This document shows, in pieces, positions 51,005-64,000 of a stretch of DNA of 64,000 bases. Numbering within the stretch: the first letter of the stretch is position 1; each line of letters begins with the position of its first letter. The DNA comes from Octopus bimaculoides. Its lineage: Eukaryota. The DNA is taken from NCBI RefSeq assembly GCF_001194135.2, contig NC_068988.1:13081404-13145403 (forward strand), read 5' to 3'. Made by a program: the position numbers and the translations under genes. Under the pieces are notes generated by a model. It was not told where the DNA came from. It worked only from the letters and a program-made list of their open reading frames with translations, and did not search any database.

Positions 51005-51885
51005 TGAAGTGGTATTAAAAAGTTCCCGGACTAGTTACATTATATTTACCTAAGTTTTAACACTATCTCCTTCAAAATAGTTACCTTGTGCAGCAATGCA
51101 CCTGCCTCAGCATTCCTGCAACTTATGGAATTTGGTCTGGAAGTTGTTTCCCATAAGCGAGTCAAGAACCTTCTGCAATTTGCTCTTGATCATGACAACA
51201 ATGTTAAAATATGATCTTTGAACTTCATTTTCATCTTGGGAAAGAGATGGAAGTCTGCAGGTGCTAAATTTGGTGAATAGGGCAGGTGTGGAAGCAATAC
51301 CCTGTTATTTTTGGCAAGAAACATGGGTGGCGAGAGATCAGTGACAGGGTGCATTGTCATCGTGAAGAAGCCAATTCTTCACTTTTCACAGATCCAGTTG
51401 CTTTCACCAAATGTCCTTCCTCAAATGCTTCAAAGCATCACAGTAGAACTCTCAATTGATGATCTGGCCCTGGAGTCTGCATTCTCTCAATGCACACTAA
51501 TGCAGATGCTGAAAAAAACAATGAGGGACATTCTTCTGTTTTGAAGTGCCAATGCCACTTGAAACATTGCATACAACTCATTGCCTTGTTGCCATAAGCT
51601 TGCCAAAGCATGCTCAGTGTCTCTGTAGCAGACTTCCCAAGTTTAATGCAAAATTTCACGTTGGTTCTTTGTTCCAACTTCCTGTCCATGACAAAAATTG
51701 CAGACTACAGCATACACGTGATCACAAAAACACCAATTTCATTATTTGTAGAGTAAACACAGTGATGTCACTTGGCACACGACCTCATGAAGGTCACTGC
51801 TATCTCTCACTGTGCACACGACCATGTGCTGTGGTCTATTGGTGTGCTACAGAACTAGTCTGGAAACTTTTTGATACCACCTTTG
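51005..51885 (-). mobile_element. Internally deleted mariner (DD34D-type) element with TIRs and TA TSD
   Basis: ORF 51438-51689 MDRKLEQRTNVKFCIKLGKSATETLSMLWQAYG; downstream HDDNAPCH and LPHLPYSPNLAPADFHLFPKMK; about 31-bp TIRs (tgaagtggtattaaaaagttcccggactagt / caaaggtggtatcaaaaagtttccagactagt) flanked by TA. Confidence 0.92.
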
Positions 51886-53749
51886 TATATATAAAGTACA
51901 ACACAAAACGTTTCAGAGTAACATTACACTTTCTCATTAACATATTAATTGAAATGAGGATTACACAACGAATAATAACCCTGTTTAGCTCTTAGAGAAA
52001 TAATTCACCAAACATTAAGAAATAAGCTAAGCTATGCTTTGCTTTAGTTTTGTTTGGGACTACATGTGCACACCATGGGGCACTGTCTGGTTATCAGAGT
52101 GGCAGTCTGATAGTGAGGGTATGTTATACTGCTACATTATTTTTGTCAGGTCTTGTTTTCGTAGTGGAAGTAAGTAAAATAGATGTGGTAAAGTAGGAAA
52201 TCTGCTTTGAGGCACTCACTGTGTCTATAGCCTTTGTGAGCCCTGCAATGGTTGCTGTAGTTGTTGATGTCCAGCTTGAAGCTTTGTAGATCAATCTCTA
52301 CTGGGGGAAACATTTGCAGAGAGGTTTTAAAAACTGATTTGGTGCATGATGGCTCATGAAATCCATGTTAGTATGGAAGAGCAAATGTAAAATGGTGATG
52401 TTTTAGGTAGTTGCAGTTCTTGGACTAAAGATTAGGCAATGTGTTCAGTAAGAATGTTTGGAGAGTGAGATGTTGAAATGACAGATAGAGAAGAAATGGA
52501 TGCATTAAGTGAATCCAGGTGTGGCAAGGACCCTAATGAGACAATTGTTTGCAGTTGTTTGAACTCAAATGATTTGGCATGGCTGACTGGACATTCAGCC
52601 TGTTTTGATGACAGTACTTTTTGGCACTGAAGGTAAACACACATGTGTAGAAATATACACAGATAAACAGAGAGAGGGAAAGAGAGAGACATTAGAGTTT
52701 ATTAATTGAACATAATTGACAAACTTTCTCTCTCCTCATACATATAAAGAAATATAGTTACACAAATAAACAGAGAGAAAGAGAGAGGTAGGGGAGGGAG
52801 AGAACAAGAGAAATATTAAAATGTCTGGTGTCAAATAAGTCAGCATCAAATCAGCCATACCAAATAGATGGCACCAAAATAGCTGTACCTGAATGTCTCA
52901 TACCCACAGGAACACATTTCACTTATTCATTCACAGAAATTATTGTTCTGGTGATAAAGGAGACGTTGGAGGAAGTATAGCGTATTTGTACACTTGTGGT
53001 TTTATTTCATTAGTAAGTAATGGTTTGCCTATCAGTTGGTTGGCTTTTCTTTGGATGCAAGAACTTCGGGAGCAATTGGTGCTGCAGGTTTTTAGATGAG
53101 TTGATAGATTGTATTGAGGTTAGATAGAAGAGATAGTAAGTTTAGTGGTAGAATTGTAGTTGTAGTCTTATTAGATTTATAATGCAGATAACTCTTTGCA
53201 GCTTCTAATAGAAAACAACGATGTAGGAAAATATAGAGGAATGATTATTCGTATTGCATCTGAGTAAATGAAAAAAATAATAACTAAGTTTGGAATTTAA
53301 GTAGTGTCAAAGCAAATATTTATAAAAAATATTTTCTAGACAAAAAAATTATTAGCCACAAACATGCATTTCCCTTGTGGTTCGTAGCCATTATTCTCTC
53401 TCTTTTGATACTGCAACTGTCTCTGCTCTTCTAATCTTTGTGGTTGTAAGTACATCTTAATTAAATTAATTCAATATATACATCTTAGTGCTTTGTACTA
53501 AAGTATATTAAAACATTGCTAGATTCTTCCTCAGACTCATTTCTCTTGTCTATATTTTCCCCTCTAACCACAAACTTCAGTTTCAATTGAACACTAATCA
53601 AACTAACCTCAATATCTTTGTCTTAGCCTAGGGCCTTGCATAAAAAAGGCTCGTTTCTTCAGAATATAAATAAAATACAATATATAAAAGAATAAATAAC
53701 TATATACTGGGTAACATTAAAGGGAGGAGGAGGAGGAGATAAACTGAAG

Positions 53750-54115
53750 TGCTGACATGGCTGTGTGGTTAAGAAGCTTGCTTTGCAACTATGTGGTTTG
53801 GGATTCAATCCCAGTGTGCAGTTCCTTGGGTAAGTGTCTTGTATAGCTCTGGACCAACCAATGCTATGTGAGTGAATTTAGTAGATGGAAACTATGTAGA
53901 AACCCATTGTTTCCACATATGTGTGTGTGTTTGTCTTTCACTACTGCTTGATAACTGGTGTTGGTTTGTTTACTTCTCCATGACTTCCATGATTCGGTAA
54001 AATAATCTGACAGAATAAGCAACAGACTCAAAATAAGTACTGGGGTTGATTTGTTTGACTTAACCTTTCAAGGCAGTGCCCCAGCATGACCATAGTTCAA
54101 TGACTGAGATGAGAA
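53750..54115 (+). mobile_element. SINE family S1, decayed
   Basis: catggctgtgtggttaagaagcttgc...gtagatggaaac...aataagtactggggttgatttg...gactgagatgag. Confidence 0.8.
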
Positions 54116-55014
54116 AATACATAGAAATGTAACCGACTACACAACAAGTAACTCCTGTGACGCTTGCCAATACAAGAGAAGGAAGTAGAATTTTAAAAAG
54201 ATGTAAATTTGTTAATATTTTTGTTTTAATACTTTAATATTATTACAAATTAATATTCTTTTGTCTGTCGGAATGTTGGAGGCAATACTCCACAGTTGAC
54301 TGCATATTACTGTTTACTTTCTACCTTTTTAAATTCTGTAGAACAGAGGCCAGGAAACCATTTTGCTTTGCTCAAGGGCAGACACACTGCTAAAAAATAA
54401 AACAAACAAAAAGAACAATTTTATGATTGGATTACAGTCAATTATGCATTTATTTTGTAAAGATACAGTTTAAAGGTGTAAATTAGTTGAAAATGAATTG
54501 GTTAACTCTTTTCTGTTTTTACGTTTTTGGTTTTAAAAATCACAAGATTTTTGTATTTCATACATATAACAACGTAAAAGAAGGCAGTGTTTCAAGTAGA
54601 TTATCTATAATGTATGGAAAGAAATTTATTATATTCAAACAAAATTCCTGGCATTTGCATTAGTTACTAAGCAACCTGTTAAATGTGTAGGTGTCATTTT
54701 TATTTCTCAAACAATGTCTTGTAATGTTGGTTGAAATGAAGTGGACACTTAGAAGCAATCTAGTAAACCATGTTAACAATTTGTTTTATTTTGTATCTGA
54801 AAATTTTGTTTCTGAAAATCTAATATTATTTCTAACAATTTTATGTTGATAACATAAGGATAATGCCAATTTATTGAAAATTTACACCAAATATATACGT
54901 TGTATTCAGAGAATCAGCATATTTCAAAGTGTTTTTATATGATAATTTGTGTTTTGACTTGGTTCAGGCTAGGAAGAATGACTAATGACTGTAAAATTCT
55001 ATGTAAGAGAATAA

Positions 55015-55098
55015 TATAGATAATAATAGTAATAATAATAATAATAATAGTAATAATAATAATAATAATAGTAATAATAATAATAGTAATAATAATAA
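55015..55098. repeat. (TAA)n with periodic TAG interruptions
   Basis: Directly visible. Confidence 0.95.
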
Positions 55099-55274
55099 TT
55101 TCATTTGGACTTTCAAATATTAAAGACACATCTTCTTGGTTACAGTAATCAACATACTATGCAAAAGTGTTTATACTCTGAATCCAGGGCACATTTTTTT
55201 CCTTTTTACTTATAATCTTTTTAACTGTTCCTAGACTGAGGTATTGAAATAAGTAGGTGAAGTAGTGGAATTAA

Positions 55275-55523
55275 TCATCATCATCATCGTTTTAACATCC
55301 ACTTTTCCATGCTTACGTGGGTTGAATGGAATTTGTTGAGGCAGCTTTTTTATGACCAGATGCCCTTCCTGTTGCCAACCTTCACTTGTTTCCAAGTAAG
55401 GTAATATTTCCCCATGACCAGATATGTTTTCTCAGAATATTGGAAATGAAGGGCACTACTTGCATGATGGTGACACTTGTTTACAACTATCACATGAAGT
55501 CAAAGCATGGAGACAATAGCGCG

Positions 55524-55600
<77 letters not shown>

Positions 55601-55940
55601 NNNNNNNNNNTACATTTAAATTTCTATCTTACGAACTGAAAAGGGAGCATGACAAAATTAACTAAATTACCATAGAATAATGGTTTCATATTTTTTCATA
55701 ATTAAGATCTAAACTGTTAATATATGAATATGAAAGAGATAGTTGAATAACTGTACACCTACTTTTGGGCCACCCTGTACAATAGGTTTCTTTCAGTTTC
55801 CATCTACCAAATCTATTCACAAGGCTTTGGTGGACCTGGAACTATACTAGAAGACACTTGTCTAAGGTGCTACCTAATGGGATCGAATCTAGAATAGTAT
55901 GGTTGAGAAGCAAACTTATTACCACATAGCCATACCTGTG
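55275..55940 (-). mobile_element. Composite SINE S4 interrupted by (CA)n, a gap and a nested Tc1/mariner MITE end
   Basis: RTE tail and body at 55275-55510, S1 head at 55785-55940; between them ...tacacctacttttgggccaccctg|ta, a CAGGGTGGCCC-type TIR. Confidence 0.7.
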
Positions 55941-56259
55941 CCTAAATTAATATTTAATTTAAATTGTTCTGGCAAGAACATAATGGATAGGAAAGGAGTT
56001 TTAATTACATCCAGACTATTAACCTCATTTTTAGTGTATAGATATAGCCATTATATATAAACCCTCTTAAGTATATATCTAAGTATATATAAGCCCTCTT
56101 AAGTAGCGGTTAATAGTTCATAAAATTACGATCTTCATAAAAACTCACCCCAAATGTTTAACTACTGTCTACAAAAAATGATTATAAGAATGTATTAAAT
56201 ACAGTAAATATAACTAGTCCATGGAAACTAGTGGTTTGTCAGCATTAGCAAAATCCTAA

Positions 56260-56363
56260 TTCTTTAGCATTTAAGCTGGTCGTATCTAGCCCAAATATTC
56301 TACCTGTTTTATGTGCGAATAAACAAGGATTGTATTTCACAGAGAAATCTGAATGCGAAAGGG
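56260..56363. mobile_element. piggyBac-type MITE (short)
   Basis: ctaa|ttctttagcatt...gaatgcgaaaggg|ttaa; related to 34268-34487. Confidence 0.55.
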
Positions 56364-59184
56364 TTAATACATTTCACACATTTCAATGTGGAGAAACAAG
56401 AAAACTAATGTTTCGAGCAAAGGTCTTTTTTTGGTGGGGTGGGGTGGGGAGAGAGAGAAGTTAAAAACAACATTTATGATGGCACTGAAACTGAAGAACG
56501 AACAAAAGTGGAAGGAGAGATAGAGTGGTGGTAACCAAATATCATCATCAGTATCCTGTTTTACCTATGTATAATATATAATGCAGTGTAGAGCTTGCAT
56601 GCAATGCATTAGATGAGGATTGGTGGTGGTACAACTGAAGTTTTCAGCAATTTGGTACTGTGATTTCAGGTTGATTCTGGTGGTAGTTTTTGAGATAAAG
56701 GACCATTTATGCCATCTCTGATGAGTGTTTGAAGATACTTGACTAGTTATGGTTAGAACTAGAGAGGTTTTAGTCGAAATGTTGTGGTGATTTTTTAATT
56801 TTTTTATCCCTGTTGTGAGACAAGGTGATACTGGTCAGTTACAGGTTGATAGTGTGGAAAGCAGAAGTTGTGAAGCGTTATAAGATTTACATGAAGTGTG
56901 ATTGGAGGGAAGGTAAAAGAGAAGGATATTCAGTTTTCAGATGTGTACAGAGGCTATCATCACAGTGTCCAAGAAATGACAGCTAGGACATGTAGTAGTA
57001 GTGGTAACAAGACAAGAAACAGTTGGCTCCAATGGGCTTAGATGAACTGAACAGTGTGTTGTCAAAAAATATATTACCTTACACTAGAATACTTAACTCT
57101 ATATTTGTACCAGCAATTAATCTATATACATTAGATTCATATACAGCTAAGAATTGTAAGGCACATTGTTATTAAATGATCAATAGATAGGTGAAAATGT
57201 ATAGTTGAATATAAATATACTAGAATTAATATGTAGAAATTATTATTGTTGCATAGGAAAACTGAGTGGTTAATTTTTTTCAGCAAACCATCTTTGCTTT
57301 CTTGTTTTTTTTTAATTTTTTAACTTGGTCAAGGTATCGATTTATAGAAGATTTTTACAGTAAATAAGTTTTGAAATTCTGCAAGCATTATTACCATTAA
57401 ACCAACCAGTTTCTGTGATATTCTTTCTGTATGGATTAGTCAAAGAAGGGAGAGTAGCAAACATGATCTTTGCATCATGTCTGATTCTTCTGGTAAAATC
57501 TGACATGGATGCTGCTAGCCACTACTTTGGTCTCTGTAAGTTGTTCAGATGAAAGTAGCTGTGGGTGGGTGTACCAGCAAATAAGGCAACCTCTGAAGGC
57601 AGCACTACTTGTAGATCTAGGCCTCTATCTTATCTGGCAGTGAACCTATGCTAGAGAACCACTTCCATCTGTACCCTACACAAAGAAGACACTGTAGGGA
57701 GCAACACATCAAGGTATTGAGTTACTCTAAAACTGGAAACTTAGTCTGAATGTTTGTAACAAAGTAGACTCTACTAAAAGCATCCATGACCCTGGTGTTG
57801 GTTGTTTTCACAAGAGATGTAAGTCACTTCAATAAATTTCTCACAAACACAGTCATAGCTCTTCTTCTCACAAACCACAATGTCCCATTGTCTTTTAATC
57901 ACCCAAGGACTTTTGCCTCACCACTATCATGGTTCTTCATTTCACAATATGCTGTAGACACCAATGTTTCCTATCTGGTACACACAAGAACAAAGAAAAA
58001 GAAGAAAAACTAGCTGATTCTTTTGTTTTCACCACTATTTATGGTATAGATGTCTTTTTTATATTCCCATTGTATAATAGCTGAATAAATAAAGTTTTAT
58101 TTTTGGCTTTTTGATGACAAAACCTGTCATAATTTTTGCCTTGCATTTCTGAGAAAATTGTCACTTTACTTGTTGCAGTTGAATTTTTATAAATAAGTCA
58201 AAATCCTTTATAATGGGTTAGTGTTGATACCATTGTCTGATCCAACAAATAACATCATCCAAAACAGACATAAAAGTAAAAATACCTTGGCTCATTCATA
58301 AGATTGAATTTTGATAAATATAGGATTGATTTGATTTTTAGGAGCAACTTATTTTCAAAGGTGTTAGTGGTATTTGTATTGAGATCTGAGAAAATTAGCA
58401 GCAATGATTAGACTGCTTGACTAAACAGCTTTTGCTATTTAATCTTCTTATCTATCTACATTCTGATTTTAAATTTACTAGGTATGATTTTGCTATGCAG
58501 GCACATATTGTACTGGTAAGGTGGTATATCAATTAAATTAGCCATGCCAGCTTAACAAGAGAAAATAATATTACTCATGTAAAGTTTAAAAAAAAAGAAT
58601 CCTATTTAGTTCCAATTTAAAGATACTAAACACGAATAATTTTACTATTAAGAATCCAATTATTCTGAATATATCCCACTGAGCCTGAAAATAGATTTCT
58701 ACATTGAAACAAAATCTTTTAAATGTTATTTCATCTTAATTTCTTATTTATCAATTTTCAAAATGTATCTGTTTGCAGCTATCATTTAGTATTTAGGATG
58801 TTCTTATGTGTAAGAAAGATAATTGCTTTCACTAACAAATTGACATACAGTTGTCAAAACCTGGTTAATGTATCTCTATCATCATTGATTTATTTATTTA
58901 ATTTACATTGCAATTTGTAAACAATAAAATCATTGGTTACAGATTTTCCTATGGGACAGTTAGTGGTTCATTGCATTTCTATAATGAGTTTGATGAAGGA
59001 GGGTCTCACTCAGTGCAGAAGAACTGTGGCAAAAGATTTGGTTCAAAGATCACTAGGTTTTTTTCTTCACTAATGTTTTCAACATTCACTAATCTACATT
59101 GACAAGAGGGACTTAAAGAATCAAACAGAGCTCACTGTAAGCTCTCAACCTGGTGTGCGGCTATTGACAAAACCAGTGGTTAAG

Positions 59185-60065
59185 GCTAGGATATCTGCAT
59201 TTACTTTGAATTTTATGTGGGTGTCCCCATCTATATATTTGTAGTTATTGTTGTTGTTGCATATTCCACATCTTCTATCTCCACATTCCTTTACGGAGAA
59301 TACTGTTTCATTCTCTGATGTGAATTTTACTCTTTGTAATTTGTTTTTTAAGTTTTTTTCCTGGCGTTTTACTATTTCGCAGGTAGTTTTTGTCTATCAG
59401 TTTTCTCATTTTGGAGCTCTGTAAGAGTATTGGTAGGTTTGAGTGTATAACGTGAAAAATATTGGTTGTTCCAGGATTGTATGTGTTAATAAATGGAATA
59501 GTATGTTCCTTGCTTTTTTCTTTTGGAGTCCTAAGTTGTGTGATGTCTAATTTCATTGCCTTTGAGATTCCATTATTTATAAGTTTCACAGGGTAATTTT
59601 GTTCTTGTAAGAAACTTTTGAGTTCATCAAGTCTAATTTGGTGTCTTTGTGGGTCAGTTACTATGGTGCAGATATGTCTTGCCATACTGTATGGGATGTC
59701 CCTTTTGATGTGTGAGGGATGACAAGAGTAGAAATTTAAATATTGGTGTGTCTATTTTTTGTAAAATATGTCTATTGTGAAAGTGGAGTTGTGTATTTTG
59801 ATGTGAATTTCTAGGAATGGTAGTTCATTGTAGCTGGTTTCTGTTGTGAATTTGATAGATGGGTGCAGTGTATCAAGGGTGTTGTGAAATGTTTGTAGGT
59901 CTTCATTTTTTTCTTTGAAGTTGTGATCAAAGGTTTTTCCTACTTCTTCATAAAGTCTATCTTCTAGATAACCCATGACTTGGTTGGCATATAAGAGTGC
60001 AAATTTTGTACCCATAGCCATACCTTTAATCTGTCGGTATATCTTATCAAAACTGAAGGCATTTC
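59185..60065 (-). mobile_element. Penelope-like element fragment (RT, thumb, Cys linker; GIY-YIG truncated)
   Basis: QIKGMAMGTKFALLYANQVMGYLE...LHPSIKFTTETSYNELPFLEI...IFYK; ARHICTIVTD...LQEQNYPVKLI...IPFINTYNP; then ECGDRRCGIC (C-x4-C-x2-C) and FKVNAD. Confidence 0.92.
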
Positions 60066-60066
60066 T

Positions 60067-60175
<109 letters not shown>

Positions 60176-60289
60176 TAACCTTGTATTTCCCCTACAGCAA
60201 GACACCTATTTCTGTCTCACTACAACCTTGTGTCACATCATCTGACACAAGATCACCTCCTCCAATGCCTTCTCCTCTCTTGAAAGTTT

Positions 60290-60620
60290 TTTTTTTCTTG
60301 TCTTGGAAGTACTTGGTGACCCTGTCAGTGCAGGTGACACTTAAAAGCACCCAGTCCACACTGTAAAGTGGTTGGTGTTTGGAAGGGCATCCAGCTGTAA
60401 AAACCTTGCCAAAACTGACCTCGCCTGTGCTTGTACCACGTAAAAGCACTAAGTCCTCTCTACTGGGTGGTTGGTATTAGGAAGGACATCCAGCTGTAAA
60501 AGTCTTGTCAAAACAGTTACAGAAGTCTGGTGCAGGCTTTTGCCTGGCCAGCTCTTGGGAAACTGTCCCACCCATGCTAGCATGGACAGTGGACATTAAT
60601 CAAGGATGATGATAATGAAT
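60290..60620 (+). mobile_element. RTE 3' UTR and tail fragment with a duplicated module
   Basis: gtggttggt...ggaagggcatccagctgtaaaa occurs twice; ends cccatgctagcatggacagtggac...gatgatgat. Confidence 0.75.
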
Positions 60621-60644
60621 GATATATATATATATATATATATA

Positions 60645-61410
60645 AAGCATAGGCATTGTTGTGTGGTTAAAAAGCTTGCTTATAAACTACATGGTTTTTG
60701 TTTCAATCCCACTGTGTGGCACCTGGGCAAATGTCTCCTGGATTATCCTTGGGTTGACTGAAGCCTTCTGATTGGATTTGGTGGGCCAAAGTTCTTGTGT
60801 GAATGCATGTATATGGAAGTGCTTGTGCCACCTTTAATATGAACTTAATCATTGTCATAGTTGTTTTAACATTCACTTCGCTATATTGGCATGGGTCAAA
60901 CTAAATTTGAGGCAGATTTTCTATGGCTCAGTAGTTTTCCTGTCATCAACCCTCACCCCAAACAAAGTAATATTTCTTACTGACTGGACATGTTTTCATG
61001 GAAGATTAGAAATGAACGACACTATTTGTATGATGGTAAAACTCTTTTTTATAACTATCATTGCAAGGTCAAACTAAAGACACACAGACGATAAGCTTCT
61101 TTCAATTTCTCTGTTTGAAAATCCACTCACAAGGCCTTGATCAGTCTGGGACTACAGTAGAAAACACTTGCCAAAGATACAATGCAATGAGTTGAACCTA
61201 AAACCATGTGCTTGGAATCAAACTTCTTAACCACACAGCCATGTATATACCGAGCTTTTGCACTGTTTCTGTCTACCAAATTTCACTCGTAAGATATTGG
61301 TTAATTTAAAGCTGTGGCAAAAGACACTTGCCCAAGATACCATGCAGTGGTATCAAATTGGAACCATATGGTTATAAAGCAAGTTTTTTAACCACTCAGC
61401 CATGCCTATG
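60645..61410. mobile_element. Cluster: S1 head (+), S4 (-, 60840-61250), S1 head (-, 61260-61405)
   Basis: Modules match those listed above. Confidence 0.75.
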
Positions 61411-61762
61411 CTCATCTGTTTCCAGTATTGATTGCAAACAGGTTTTTCAGAAAGCTGTTCTTCACCATGATATCTCCTGTCAGTTTTAAGCTTATCCTTC
61501 ATAAGTACATTGTTGCTAACTTGAATATGCTTAAATAGGCATCTTAACAACAGCAACATGTTGATATGTAATTTTGCTACTATAAGTATCATCATACTGA
61601 AATCCTTCTGAAATTCACGATATTGACTTAACTGTTGCTATTAGCAACAAACTAGAAGCAATTCTTTTATTGATTGATCTCTCTGTCACTTTTGATATTG
61701 TTGTTGGTTGAGATACTGTAATGTATATTCTCTTTTGTCTATATTTTTACTTCAAAGTGCTT

Positions 61763-61898
<136 letters not shown>

Positions 61899-61949
61899 AC
61901 TGAAAAAATGCCATTCACAGTGGGTCATTTTTTGAAGTCATTTTTTTAT

Positions 61950-62285
61950 CTTTTGTCTTTCACTTGTATCAGTCATTGGATTGCAGCCATGCTGGGACAC
62001 TGCCTTAAAGACTTTTAGTCACACAAATTAACAACAGTATTTAAGTCTAGTACTGTCGTATGTGTGTGATCACCACTTGACAACCAATGTTCATTTGTTT
62101 ATATTCCCATAACTTAGTGGTTCAGTGAAAGAGACCAATAGAATTACCAGTCTCTTTTGCCTAACCACTAAATTATGGGAATGTAAGCAAACGAACACTG
62201 GTTATCAAGTGGTGATGGGGGACAAACACAAAGACACACACATACACACACACACAGTTTCCGTCTACCAAATTCAGACACAAGA
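61950..62285. mobile_element. Rearranged S1 fragments with an inverted junction
   Basis: 62069-62135 inverted against 62150-62216. Confidence 0.75.
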
Positions 62286-62574
62286 CATTGGTTGCTTTTG
62301 AAGATTTAGTGCTTGTGTCATTTAATATCATTAGTCAGAATCAAACATTTAAATGAAGTTTGATTAAGAAATAAAACCAGCATAGCAGAATGAAAGCTAC
62401 TGATTTTTCTTCTCATTTGTGTGTCTTGCTAGTTGACAAAGTAGCAGATTTGCTCCCCCCCCCCCCNNNNNNNNNNTCTCTCTCTCTACTCTCTCCCTCT
62501 GAAACTAAGGGGCAGATAGATTCCTATTACTTTAGGTATAATGAACTAAAACTGACATCACAATATTCCTTAAA

Positions 62575-62945
62575 TGTCTGAGTTCAAATTCTGCTGAGGT
62601 CGACTTTGCCTTTCATCCTTTCGGGGTCGATAAATTAAGTACCAGTTGCGTAATAGGGTTGATCTAATCGACTGGTCCCCTTCCCCATAATTTCAGGCCT
62701 TGTGCCTAGAGTAGAAAAGAATATTTCTTAAATACTTGTAAGGTTCTGGACAATGTAGTAAGCTGGTAGAATCATTAGCATGCTTGACAAAATGCTTGGC
62801 AGCATTTCATCCAGCTCTTCATATTCTGAGTTCAAATCTTACTGAGGTCAACTTTACTTTTTATTGATAAAATAAAGTACCAGTCAAGTAATGGAGTCGA
62901 TGTAAATGACTTGTACCCTACCCTCAAAATTGCATGCCTTAAACC
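62575..62945 (+). mobile_element. Two tandem S2 copies (62575-62720 and 62755-62945)
   Basis: gagttcaaattctgctgaggtcgactttgcctttcatcctttcggggtcgataaattaagtaccag and a more decayed second copy. Confidence 0.85.
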
Positions 62946-63978
62946 CAGCAATAGACCAGCATCCTGTTCAAGGGGAATGTTGTGATTTTGGTCTCTTACT
63001 ACAGCCACTGAGTAACCAACCTTATGAGACCCAGAGCTTGAGAAAAATGGGGTGGGGTGGAGTGGGGGATAATTCTAGACAATACCGATCAATAGTTATT
63101 TTATTAAATCTGGTAAAAATCTTACATTTTGTTCCTACTACAAAATATCTTGATACTCATTTAGACTTACAACTGCTTTCAATATTTATGCCAGTGTTGC
63201 TTCCTATTACAATGTTAGGAGTATCTCAGGCATCTCATTGTTTAATTCTTATTCACATTTTAATTAACTCCAGACTAGATATGTTGTTCTTTGCATTACT
63301 AGGTCAACTCTATTAGTAAATATGTTCACAACATTGTAGTCTGTCTTAAATTTACTGTACACTGTTGTGAATGTGTCAAAAATTCTTATGAAAATTCCCA
63401 GTGGTTTAATATTGATCGAAGGAGAACATTTGAATTTCTTTTGATGTATTTCCTATTAAGATGGCACTAACATTGCTGCTACAGCCACCACTGCTGCTGT
63501 TGCTGCTGCTACTACTGCTACTACTACTCTGTATAAAAATGTTGAAGTTATAATGAAATAAACCTGCTGCAGCCAATGAGGGGCTTTAATCTATTTGCTC
63601 ACTTCCCCTATGTTGATAATGCCCTTGATGAAAACATAAATTCCAAAGTTTTATTTTTTTTTTGTATGTAAGTCTGAAGTTTTGATCTCATGTAAAATTA
63701 ATTATTGTTATTCTCTTGGTTTAGGCTGGCTAAGTTGACAAATTGCTTCCAATTCCCAATTGAAGCCATTTTGTATCAGACTAGGTAACTAGCTCATTGA
63801 GTTTGTGATTAGAGATGTCTTTTTTGGCATTATGGTGAACATACAAAACTTCTACTCCATATATCTGTCAATTTTGGTGATTGATCTGTAACAAATATTC
63901 ATACAGTTTTGTGTTACTAGGAAACTTTTCGTACAGCAAGCAAAGAATATGCCACCCTTATCCTTTTTTCCTTTCTAG

Positions 63979-64000
63979 TCAGCACCATGCATTCCGTACT
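63979..64000 (+). CDS. Candidate exon start, SAPCIPY, resembling the RasGEF (CDC25) PCIPYLG motif; truncated by the window end
   Basis: Strong acceptor tccttttttcctttctag|, then TCA GCA CCA TGC ATT CCG TAC T. Confidence 0.3.

Noticed and set aside
52200-53250. Possible old Penelope/GIY-YIG-related remnants (also 56600-56950)
   Set aside because: Composition suggests decayed retroelement sequence, but I could not recover a diagnostic motif.

Overview
AT-rich, repeat-dense animal genomic DNA from a draft assembly with four N gaps. The SINE and LINE families, with their (TA)n, (CA)n and (CAT)n tails, look like Octopus (recognition from memory, not a search). No complete protein-coding gene, tRNA, rRNA or CRISPR array is supported, and nearly all ORFs in the supplied track are microsatellite or antisense artefacts. 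The recognisable coding remnants are all transposon-derived: five RTE-clade LINE fragments, two Penelope-like RT fragments and three Tc1/mariner derivatives. Non-coding mobile elements include about 30 tRNA-derived SINE copies or fragments in three modular families, three piggyBac-type MITEs and a Mutator/foldback MITE with a 9-bp TSD. A few short candidate + strand exons, plus a CpG-retaining island at about 17.9-22.5 kb, suggest the window lies inside or at the start of a long-intron gene that I cannot name; the last 22 nt read SAPCIPY behind a strong acceptor, resembling the RasGEF PCIPYLG motif. The most interesting non-annotated signals are a minimal hammerhead-ribozyme-like motif (22399-22425, minus strand), two perfect long palindromes (62-bp and 48-bp arms), several fold-back inverted repeat junctions that could be ADAR substrates, and a paired octamer/Sox-Oct motif. 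I did not find convincing evidence of a new multi-gene system.
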